Below, piece after piece: positions 37,730-45,487 of a stretch of 64,000 nt of DNA. This DNA is from a virus. Taxonomy: Duplodnaviria > Caudoviricetes. The notes under the pieces were generated by a model. It was not told the DNA's origin, searched no databases, and was given only the letters and a program-made list of their open reading frames with translations. Every line of letters starts with the position of its first letter. Within the stretch, counting starts at the first letter, position 1. A program made the position numbers and the translations under genes. The stretch lies in IMG/VR virus record IMGVR_UViG_3300016484_000881, positions 157-64,156 of that record, one strand, 5' to 3'.

Positions 37730-38087
37730 AATCAATTTAGTGCCTCCTCAAGAACTCTCTGGCAAACACCTCGTTGCCGAGTATCGTGAACTACCCAGAG
37801 TGTTCGACTTAGCACTCTTCTACTATCTCCGAGGCGACACATCACCAATTCCAACAGAATATGTTCTTGGAACTGGCCATGTCAAGTTCTTCTATGACAA
37901 GCTTCTTTTCATCCTCAAAAGAAATAACGATTTGATCGACGAAATGCACCGGAGAGGTTATCACACGAGTTTCCCGAAGAGAACGATAGAGGTCCTGAAT
38001 ATGTATCCCTCTTCTCTTCAGAATGATTACGTTCCGACTGAAGAAGCACTGGCTTTGAACAGAGCAAGAATTAAGGAGAGATCGTGA
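37722..38087 (+). CDS. denV: Pyrimidine dimer DNA glycosylase (T4 endonuclease V family)
   Basis: MTRINLV...HLVAEYRELPRVF, YVLGTGHVKFFYDKL, EMHRRGY. Confidence 0.9.
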   Translation: MTRINLVPPQELSGKHLVAEYRELPRVFDLALFYYLRGDTSPIPTEYVLGTGHVKFFYDKLLFILKRNNDLIDEMHRRGYHTSFPKRTIEVLNMYPSSLQNDYVPTEEALALNRARIKERS

Positions 38088-38323
38088 AGAAAATAGAAGC
38101 TTGGACCACCGCCGATGGAATGATATTTCTTAGCGAGGGTGAAGCTAAGAAACATGCAGATGAACGATACGGAAAAGCTCTCCTGCAGATCTCCAAGCAA
38201 ATGGTTGATGTTACCGATGGTAAGTATGGAAGGACCTCAACTTTCATTGAGGAAAATCTAGATAAATTTCTCGAACTTCATTTTCTGAGGGAAGACATAA
38301 AGATTGGGGATACTGAAGATTAG
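38084..38323 (+). CDS. Hypothetical protein
   Basis: RBS AAGGAG, GTGA overlap. Confidence 0.65.
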   Translation: MKKIEAWTTADGMIFLSEGEAKKHADERYGKALLQISKQMVDVTDGKYGRTSTFIEENLDKFLELHFLREDIKIGDTED

Positions 38324-38335
38324 GATAAATTGAGT

Positions 38336-38364
38336 TTGCCCTCGCTTTCCACTTGGGTTACTTT
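38336..38364 (+). promoter_or_regulatory. sigma70-type early promoter
   Basis: TTGCCC-N17-TACTTT. Confidence 0.6.
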
Positions 38365-38397
38365 TAAGCATGGTATAAAGCCACAGAGGAGATAAGC

Positions 38398-38730
38398 ATG
38401 GCACGAGTTGTGATGAAAGTCGGTAGCGAAGGTCCTATGCATGATCCTTACAACTTCACCGAGATCACGCTATTCAGGACTGATGGTCAGTATGCGACTT
38501 TCCATGTTGGAGTCGTAACATGGGTCAACATCAATGGTCGCAAATTGGGGGGTGACAGCGAAACCGTGATCACACAATTTGAGAACTTCTCTGGCATAGA
38601 AATTACCGAAGCCATGCGTCTTCCAAGCAAGATTCGGAAATATCGTATGCGCAACCTCAGCCCAGAGGAAAGAGAAGAACTCTACCAGCTTGAGGAAGAT
38701 TCTATGCGCCTCATTCACGATTCAGTGTGA
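38398..38730 (+). CDS. Hypothetical protein
   Basis: RBS GAGGAG. Confidence 0.7.
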   Translation: MARVVMKVGSEGPMHDPYNFTEITLFRTDGQYATFHVGVVTWVNINGRKLGGDSETVITQFENFSGIEITEAMRLPSKIRKYRMRNLSPEEREELYQLEEDSMRLIHDSV

Positions 38731-38737
38731 GCAGCAG

Positions 38738-39031
38738 ATGTCAACCGTTCCAAGAAACTCTAATGGCTGGCCTGTCATCTCACCTGAGTTGATGACCTAT
38801 ACAGAGATTTTGGCAGAGGCTCACAAGTGGAAAGAAGGACGGCGCTCTCACAAGACGACTGTTTCCAATTCTGAGTGGAAGAAATACACAAACGAACTCG
38901 TAAAGAGAGGGTTCTCAACAGCGATCGAGATTCAGGAAGGCATCCTCCCAGATGAAGTTCCTGGGGAAGAAGCAAGGGTTCGTCATGAAGCATGGACCGC
39001 TGGAAAATCTTATTCAAAGGTGATCAAATGA
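38738..39031 (+). CDS. Hypothetical protein
   Basis: ATG 38738, stop overlaps next start. Confidence 0.6.
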   Translation: MSTVPRNSNGWPVISPELMTYTEILAEAHKWKEGRRSHKTTVSNSEWKKYTNELVKRGFSTAIEIQEGILPDEVPGEEARVRHEAWTAGKSYSKVIK

Positions 39032-39399
39032 AAAATCAGGAAATTTTTGACAAAGCTTATCTTGGGCTGAAGTCACAGGGATTCATACGATCAGTTTCTT
39101 CTGGTATATCCTGTGTATACCGTGGTCCTGAAGGACGAAAGTGCGCTGTCGGTTGGCTTATTCCAGATGAAAAATATGATCCTAAGTTTGACACTGAGAT
39201 TTGGGGTTTTCAGAGAATTTTCAAGGAGATCAGAATATCTATTTCACAGCAGCAGGATTTCTTGATTGAAGAACTCCGTTTCTGCCATGATTCATCTCGT
39301 CAGCCAGAAACTATGAGAAATAAGCTTCATACAATCGCAAAAGATTTCAATCTGAAAATTCCGCAGGATCAGACCGATGAACAAACAGCAGATCTTTGA
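39028..39399 (+). CDS. Hypothetical protein, tandem paralogue 1
   Basis: IFDKAYLGLKSQGF...YRG.EGRKCAVGWLIPD shared with next gene. Confidence 0.75.
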   Translation: MKNQEIFDKAYLGLKSQGFIRSVSSGISCVYRGPEGRKCAVGWLIPDEKYDPKFDTEIWGFQRIFKEIRISISQQQDFLIEELRFCHDSSRQPETMRNKLHTIAKDFNLKIPQDQTDEQTADL

Positions 39400-39721
39400 C
39401 AAAGCATATCTTGGGCTCAAGTCTCAAGGATTCAAGCAATCCAGGAGACGAGTTAGCTCCCAAATTAGGACGCTGTGCTCCTACAGAGGTGGCGAAGGAC
39501 GGAAATGTGCCGTCGGCTGGCTCATACCAGATTCTATTTACAAGCCATCTTTCGAGCTTATGAGCCTATCTAAGCTGATGAGAAAACTCGGCGTTTCTGA
39601 TAGTCTGGATTCTTTTGTGTACTCATTGAGGTTGGCTCACGATCAAAGCCACTTTCCTGAAGATATGAGTGAGGAACTTGTGGCTATAGCAAAGAAACAC
39701 AATTTGAAGATTCCTCAGTAA
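39377..39721 (+). CDS. Hypothetical protein, tandem paralogue 2
   Basis: Same blocks as previous gene. Confidence 0.75.
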   Translation: MNKQQIFDKAYLGLKSQGFKQSRRRVSSQIRTLCSYRGGEGRKCAVGWLIPDSIYKPSFELMSLSKLMRKLGVSDSLDSFVYSLRLAHDQSHFPEDMSEELVAIAKKHNLKIPQ

Positions 39722-40305
39722 ATATTCTTTTCAAGGAGAAGACGGAACAGGGCGTGATCTTCATCGCGCCCTTGATCTTTTAAAACTGCCAATTCCTCGA
39801 GGAAGTCCTTATGAGTTTCGCATGGACTTCCCATTTCCTTGGCGACCCTTGGAACCCAGAGAAGCATTAGATGCTCGAGTCCATAGACGATCTCCAGTGG
39901 GTGTGCCCATCTCCAGCAATAGTAACTGTTTGGATCCGTCTTTGTTGGATTCACCTGCTTATGAGGGCTGTAAGGCAAGATCATTCTGAGTATCCTGCCA
40001 ACACGTGGAGAGAGTACTGAGGGAAAATCCTCAAACAGATGTTCAACGAGAACCTTCTTAGAAATGAAGCCTGAACTTGGAGATCTCTTAGCTTCCTTGT
40101 TGAACCATTGGTAGAGTCTCACTTCTGCGATAATGTTCTTTGGATCAAAGACAGCGTGCATCCCTCTCTTTTCACGCGGATCACCTAAAATGAATATTGG
40201 TCCTTCATAATATCCACCAACTTTGTTTTTCACAGGGTTGTACTGATCACGGTAATGCAGCCTCAGGTCTCCGACGGTTTTCGGTGTTTTGTGGGTGATT
40301 TGCAT
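39715..40305 (-). CDS. Hypothetical protein; the only convincing minus-strand gene
   Basis: 196-aa ORF with RBS AAGGAA, no competing + strand ORF, converges on + strand early genes. Confidence 0.7.
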   Translation of the reverse strand: MQITHKTPKTVGDLRLHYRDQYNPVKNKVGGYYEGPIFILGDPREKRGMHAVFDPKNIIAEVRLYQWFNKEAKRSPSSGFISKKVLVEHLFEDFPSVLSPRVGRILRMILPYSPHKQVNPTKTDPNSYYCWRWAHPLEIVYGLEHLMLLWVPRVAKEMGSPCETHKDFLEELAVLKDQGRDEDHALFRLLLEKNIY

Positions 40306-40525
40306 GTTTTGAGGTTCCTTATGGAAGTAAGTAGAGTCAGATGGTCTGTTGTTAATAGAGTAATATCTAAATAAGTCCTTGTAAAGGCTAAGTTTTCTCG
40401 GATAAATATCAGGATAGCAGGATATTGGGTTGTGACTTTGGCAGCCACAAACCGGGGGCTAGGGGTAAGGTGGTGGTGGGTAGCCCGGTGCGGTGCAAGC
40501 TGTGGCTGGTAGTAGTGTCTTTATT

Positions 40526-40551
40526 TAATATAATAATATAATAATATAATA
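40526..40551. repeat. AT-only tandem repeat (TAATATAA) x3
   Basis: taatataataatataataatataata. Confidence 0.8.
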
Positions 40552-40709
40552 GAAATAAGACCTTGTTTTATATGAGTTTTTTCATATTAGTTTGGAAGAT
40601 TTGTGACTCTACTAAAATCGCCCTTGTTTTTCTGATTCTCTTGGGATAGTTTGTGATATTGGGAAATCTATCTCTGTTTCTCTCACGCGTGCGCAGGAAT
40701 CTATCACAA

Positions 40710-41354
40710 ATGGCCGATACAAAAGACCTCAAGGAATACGGATCTAAGCGGGGCGTTTTCCGGGCTGTCCCTGTCCAAATGTTCGACGGGACCTGGAGAA
40801 CGCAGATCATCACCGGTCATAAGTTCACTGACCGAGAGAAGGAGATATTCCTAAATGAATATTCCAAGCATGGGAGAAAGGGAGCTGCGGCTCGTATCGC
40901 TGGGGTATCAACAAAGACAATCTCTGATCATGTTAGCAAAGATCCTCATTTCGCCATGGCCTGTCTAGAAGCGGAGAATAACTATCGTGAAAGATTGGTA
41001 GAGCATGTCCAGAATCTCGTGTTCGAGGGAACAGAGAAAATCTCCTATGATCGCACCGGGAATATCGTATCGAGAGAGCAGATTTATCCAATCCCTCTTA
41101 TCCTCGCCGAGATGAAGAAGGTCGACGATGGATACCGAGATAAGAAGGAAGTGACAATGAATGTCAACGGCGGCGTTCTCGTCGCTCCATCAAACATGGA
41201 GTCCATCGAGGATTGGGAGAAGAAGTTCGGTTCCTCTGGGCCAAAGATAGAAGGACAGATTGTGACCGATTCATTGACCGAGTCCGTCTCAGATGAAGAT
41301 GATGAGAATGATGGAGAATCTCCAGCTGAAGAGATAGAAGCTGAGAATGAATGA
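40710..41354 (+). CDS. terS: Terminase small subunit (putative)
   Basis: HTH-like EIFLNEYSKHGRKGAAARIAGVSTKTI, YRDKKEVTMNV, acidic tail; typical position. Confidence 0.7.
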   Translation: MADTKDLKEYGSKRGVFRAVPVQMFDGTWRTQIITGHKFTDREKEIFLNEYSKHGRKGAAARIAGVSTKTISDHVSKDPHFAMACLEAENNYRERLVEHVQNLVFEGTEKISYDRTGNIVSREQIYPIPLILAEMKKVDDGYRDKKEVTMNVNGGVLVAPSNMESIEDWEKKFGSSGPKIEGQIVTDSLTESVSDEDDENDGESPAEEIEAENE

Positions 41355-41482
41355 TATTCTCTCTACTGAGAAAAGACAAGATCGAGCCATCTCTCTTTAA
41401 TGAGAGATTGAAAATCTCCGTATGTTCTGGCCCTTGCTTAAGACAATCGCTCCCTCCTGGGTTAATGACCAGAGGGAGCGAG

Positions 41483-41542
41483 TGACCGAGTGACCGATTG
41501 ATAATCTCTCTGAGACAGATTGACCGATTGATAATCTCTCTG
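41483..41542. repeat. Direct repeat TGACCGATTGATAATCTCTCTG x2 plus TGACCGA copy
   Basis: 22-mer at 41491-41512 and 41521-41542; TGACCGA also at 41483. Confidence 0.9.
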
Positions 41543-41822
41543 TCTTTCCATCTCTCCATCCTTCTCTCCGTCTTTCGTTCTATCCTCTTATCATCTCTCT
41601 TCGGTCCAGTCATCGGTAAGTATTTATACCTAGTGTAGGCATAAATACCTATTGGCATTTCGCGCTCACCTAGCACAAAAATCCACCCTTGGCAAGCCCT
41701 AAGCCATGCGCTCGGCGCAACCCTGCCCCTAACATTATGCAATTGTGCGCATAACACGTTGCTGTATTGTTGGCCTATGGCGCAAGCATGGTGCTAGCGC
41801 TACTAACACAAAGGTAAATACC

Positions 41823-42212
41823 ATGGCTAACAATAACACTGCCCGTAAGCCTGTTGCCGCTGCTGCCCCTGTACAGGCTGCCCCCATTGCTACCGCTGCC
41901 CCTGTACAGGCTGCCCCGGCTGCTGCCCCTACTGTTACCAGTGTAGCAGCGGGTGCGCTGGTACAGCTTGGTACACCATGGGTGGTGCGCCCTGCCACAC
42001 ATCGCGCCTATGCGCAAGCGCAGTTTGCTTGGCTGCAAAAGCACAACCCCAAAGGCTTTACCCTTGCACAGGCAAGGGAAGCCCTTGTGCTTAACAGTGC
42101 AGGTGCACCAACCATTGCCTCGCCTAAGGGCGGTTGGCAAAAGCACAACATGCCAACATGGGCACTTGCGCAAGGCTGGCTGCAACCCTTTGGCACCAAG
42201 GCCAAGGCCTAA
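41823..42212 (+). CDS. Basic Ala/Pro-rich protein (129 aa, no Asp, one Glu) encoded in a TC/GA-free island
   Basis: RBS-like AAGGT, upstream TTGTGC-N16-TATTGT, downstream hairpins; internal 23-bp repeat at 41862 and 41895. Confidence 0.7.
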   Translation: MANNNTARKPVAAAAPVQAAPIATAAPVQAAPAAAPTVTSVAAGALVQLGTPWVVRPATHRAYAQAQFAWLQKHNPKGFTLAQAREALVLNSAGAPTIASPKGGWQKHNMPTWALAQGWLQPFGTKAKA

Positions 42213-42228
42213 CACCGCACAACACTAG

Positions 42229-42299
42229 GCTAGGGCTGCAAAGCCCTAGCTAACACCTGCACTAGGGCAGCCACCCCGCCCCGTCAACGGCTGCCCTAG
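42229..42299. terminator. Two tandem GC-rich hairpins after the D/E-free gene
   Basis: GCTAGGGCT-GCAA-AGCCCTAGC (42229-42250); CTAGGGCAGCC...GGCTGCCCTAG (42262-42299). Confidence 0.55.
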
Positions 42300-42367
42300 C
42301 GTAGGGCGGGGACTAGCCCCCTAGATCGACAGTCCACTCTCATCAAAGCGTTCAATAGGGATCAGCA

Positions 42368-42610
42368 ATGGAACCTCAACGATTGAACTTCTGCCCATTC
42401 ATGATCACCCAAGAAAACAGAACAGCCAGAGATCTCCTCAAGATTCCTCATTACGTAAAAGTCGCCCGTGATGATTTCCCAAATGAAGAAGGTTGTTGGG
42501 TTCTTGTTTCTTTATCCAGAGGCAACAGAAGTCATAGCCTAGTCGATGGTCTTCTTCCGAATGGATATCACAGTGTTCAGATTCTAGAAAATAAACCATC
42601 CCATCAATAA
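42368..42610 (+). CDS. Hypothetical protein
   Basis: ORF in + run. Confidence 0.5.
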   Translation: MEPQRLNFCPFMITQENRTARDLLKIPHYVKVARDDFPNEEGCWVLVSLSRGNRSHSLVDGLLPNGYHSVQILENKPSHQ

Positions 42611-42621
42611 AGGCTTTCGGT

Positions 42622-42924
42622 ATGGCACAACTCAACTATGATACAATAGAGATTCTCAACACAATAGCGATCCTCACAGATGACAGAAGCTCAATCCTTC
42701 ATCGGATCGATCACATGATAACCAGTTATAACCCAAGAACTAAGTCAGGAGTATTCTCTAGTGGGCGTTGTTTTAAGATTTTCCCACTTCATGACGAGCA
42801 GGATCTTGAGAAAATTAAAGGCCATAAGTTCTATTCTGCAATCGCTCATGGAAAAATAAAAGAAGAACTTCTAGAACAGGTTGTCGCTCTTTGTAGGTGC
42901 AAAACTGTTGAAGTATTGAACTAG
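42622..42924 (+). CDS. Hypothetical protein
   Basis: ORF in + run. Confidence 0.55.
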   Translation: MAQLNYDTIEILNTIAILTDDRSSILHRIDHMITSYNPRTKSGVFSSGRCFKIFPLHDEQDLEKIKGHKFYSAIAHGKIKEELLEQVVALCRCKTVEVLN

Positions 42925-42992
42925 AGAACAACAGGGCTTGCCAGACTCTTTCATTTGAGCTATAGGGCTTTCAGTGATGGAGTTTTGCAGTC

Positions 42993-43196
42993 ATGGCAGA
43001 GAAGATTGTTGAGTTGGGCGCTCATAATAGGATGACAGTCGATGATGTCCTTGGGTTGTCTCTCAGAGAGAAACCCAAGATGGTAGTTATCCTTTTCGAA
43101 GATCAAGAGGGAAATTTTGGTTTCAGATCTTCAAAAATGGAAAACCGAGATGCTCTTTGGATGATCAAGCAAGCTGAGAGTTGGATTCTACCATGA
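42993..43196 (+). CDS. Hypothetical protein
   Basis: Follows promoter-like TTGCCA at 42938. Confidence 0.6.
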   Translation: MAEKIVELGAHNRMTVDDVLGLSLREKPKMVVILFEDQEGNFGFRSSKMENRDALWMIKQAESWILP

Positions 43197-43531
43197 TGTA
43201 TTGTCCTAGAGGCGCTGGCCCTGATTCACCTTTCAAGTCTCCTCTGAATGGAGAGATGGTTTGGTATGATGATGGCACATGCTCATACTGTGGAAGTTTG
43301 AGCGAAGATGAATTCTTTCGTCTTGTGGGTGATAAAGGAGTTCTTACCACTACAGACAAAGATTACAAAGTGTATGTCGATCATCCTGAAACTGGAAGAA
43401 AGAAATTCTACTTTCAGCATCTTTCTAATGATGGAAAAAAGAAATTCGTAGAATACATGAACGAAAACAAATTCGTGATGGATGGCAGATTTTACGTTCT
43501 ACCATTCTTTGTTCGGCTGGAAAGAAAATGA
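43193..43531 (+). CDS. Hypothetical protein with CPRG and CSYCGS motifs
   Basis: ATGA overlaps at both ends. Confidence 0.7.
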   Translation: MMYCPRGAGPDSPFKSPLNGEMVWYDDGTCSYCGSLSEDEFFRLVGDKGVLTTTDKDYKVYVDHPETGRKKFYFQHLSNDGKKKFVEYMNENKFVMDGRFYVLPFFVRLERK

Positions 43532-43924
43532 TAAAGTATGCTCGTCAGAGATACAATAATGATTTGTGTGATTTCTTCAGTCACGATGGCTTTGAGAATA
43601 CCTCATCCAAGAGTCTATGCGGCGGCTCTTTCTCTGGGCTTTCAGCCTTGGAAAAATGGGCTCCGGATATCGGAAGTATTGGATGCCCTCGGATATCGGT
43701 ACAAGACTTCTTTTTCGAAAAGTCTGGCACGGAAGGCTTATCTTTCTCTGAAAGGACCATGTATCGCGATAGTCCCCTCTCGGATGATCAGGCAGTATCA
43801 TGCTGTTGTCTGGTATAAAGGAAAAGTTCATGATCCTCTGAGAAATAAGAATGAACAGTATCAGACAGAAGAATTTCTGCGCTATCGCATACAGACCTTT
43901 TACGAATTTCAGAAGAATCAATGA
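43528..43924 (+). pseudogene. C39/papain-like peptidase-fold gene split by a +1 frameshift at 43563-43565
   Basis: Removing one T joins MIKYARQRYNND to CVISSVTMAL...HAVVWYKGKVHDP; ATGA overlaps at both ends of the joined ORF. Confidence 0.55.
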
Positions 43925-45417
43925 CCCCAGATTATCCAAAAAATGTAGTCTGGAGACCACAAGCTGGATCTCAAGAGGCTTTTCTTTCTTCAACTCCAAT
44001 CTTCGAAGTTCTGTTTCAAGGAACTCGTGGGGGAGGTAAGACTGATTGTCTTCTGATGTCATTTGGGCAGTACACGGGTAGAGGGTTTGGAGCAGCCTGG
44101 AAAGGAATTCTGTTTCGACAGACCTATAAGCAGCTTTCTGACGTTATTACGAAGACGAAGAAGTGGTTCCCATTGATCTGGCCACAAGCAAAGTTTAACA
44201 ATACTGAACATGTATGGACGTGGCCTGAAGGAGAACAGTTGCTTCTTCGACAGTTTAAGAGAGATGATGACTATTGGAATTATCATGGTCATGAATACCC
44301 TTGGATAGGATGGGAAGAACTCTGCAATTGGGCGACTGACGCTGGTTACAAGCGAATGTTCTCCTGCTGTCGTTCATCTAAACCAGGAATGCCTCGTATG
44401 ATTCGTGCTACAACGAATCCGTATGGACCCGGACACAATTGGGTCAAGATGAGGTTCCTCCCGGATAGAATGAACATGAAGGTCAGAAAAGATCTGATTG
44501 ATGAAGAGGGTCGTCCTGAACCGTCTCGTCTTTCTATTTTCTCTAGACTACAAGAAAATCTGATTCTTTTGAAATCAGACCCGAACTATGTGACGAATCT
44601 TGCAGCCTCCGCGAGAAATAAGGCTGAAAAGAAGGCATGGCTTGAGGGTTCATGGGATATCGTTTCTGGAGGTATGTTCGATGATGTCTTCCAGTCTCAG
44701 TTCAATGTCATCAAGCCGTTTGTAATCCCAGAGAAGTGGCGCATTGATCGGTCGTTCGACTGGGGTTCATCAAAACCTTTCTCAGTAGGATGGTGGGCAG
44801 TCTCTAACGGTGAAGATGTCAAGATAGGTGAGGGTAAGTGGAAATCGACTGTTAGAGGCGATCTATTCAGAATTCAAGAATGGTATGGGTGGAGCGGAAA
44901 ACCCAATGAAGGAACAATGTCTCTAGCCAGTGATATCTCTAAAGGAATCGTCGAAAGAGAACTTAAGTGGGGGTGGCGATCTCAGTCTGATCCAAACTGG
45001 TGCCGAGTTAAGACAGGGGTTGCTGACTCTGCAATATTCTCTGTTGAAAATGGAAACTGCATCGAAACAGATATGAAAGTTCGTGTTCGCCTTGATGATG
45101 GAATAAAGTATCGCGGAGTCCCGTGGATTCCAGCAGATAAGAAAGCCGGATCACGCGTGAATGGTTGGGATCAGGTTCGAAGAATGCTAAAGAATGCCCA
45201 TCCTGATGAGAAGACAGGAATGAGAGAAAAGCCGGGTCTCTTTATATTCGACATCTGTGATAATTGGATTCGAACTGTTCCTGTTCTCCCAAGAGATGAA
45301 AAAGAACCAGATGACGTCAATACTGAAGCTGAAGATCATATCGCTGACGAAACTCGCTATCGAGTTAGGGCTATGGGTCTCACTGTTGGGCAGGGAAAGA
45401 CAACTGGACATTATTGA
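43921..45417 (+). CDS. terL: Terminase large subunit
   Basis: GTRGGGKT Walker A, WEELCNW, ATTNPYGPGHNWVK, FDWGSSKPF, EDHIADETRY. Confidence 0.95.
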   Translation: MTPDYPKNVVWRPQAGSQEAFLSSTPIFEVLFQGTRGGGKTDCLLMSFGQYTGRGFGAAWKGILFRQTYKQLSDVITKTKKWFPLIWPQAKFNNTEHVWTWPEGEQLLLRQFKRDDDYWNYHGHEYPWIGWEELCNWATDAGYKRMFSCCRSSKPGMPRMIRATTNPYGPGHNWVKMRFLPDRMNMKVRKDLIDEEGRPEPSRLSIFSRLQENLILLKSDPNYVTNLAASARNKAEKKAWLEGSWDIVSGGMFDDVFQSQFNVIKPFVIPEKWRIDRSFDWGSSKPFSVGWWAVSNGEDVKIGEGKWKSTVRGDLFRIQEWYGWSGKPNEGTMSLASDISKGIVERELKWGWRSQSDPNWCRVKTGVADSAIFSVENGNCIETDMKVRVRLDDGIKYRGVPWIPADKKAGSRVNGWDQVRRMLKNAHPDEKTGMREKPGLFIFDICDNWIRTVPVLPRDEKEPDDVNTEAEDHIADETRYRVRAMGLTVGQGKTTGHY

Positions 45418-45487
45418 ATGAATCTTGGTGCTTGCAAAGAATCATATCCTACTATATGAGCATTACCAATTCTTTGGGATTATTCAA

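Noticed and set aside
41483-41542. CRISPR-like or mini-array repeat
   Set aside because: Only two 22-bp copies with an 8-bp spacer; no cas genes
41164-42228. Long alternative ORFs (41164-41757 -, 41735-41998 -, 41775-42215 -, 41953-42228 +)
   Set aside because: Expected by-products: lack of GA/TC removes TGA on both strands and the sequence is low-complexity; no RBS or recognisable domains
41690-42310. Refinement of the avoided motif to TCH because residual TCs are often TCG (41712, 42002, 42120, also 22398)
   Set aside because: Too few residual sites to support; needs trinucleotide statistics across relatives
3149-45417. Introns or inteins in helicase, RNR, polymerase, primase or TerL
   Set aside because: All have ordinary lengths, continuous motifs and no homing-endonuclease or intein signatures
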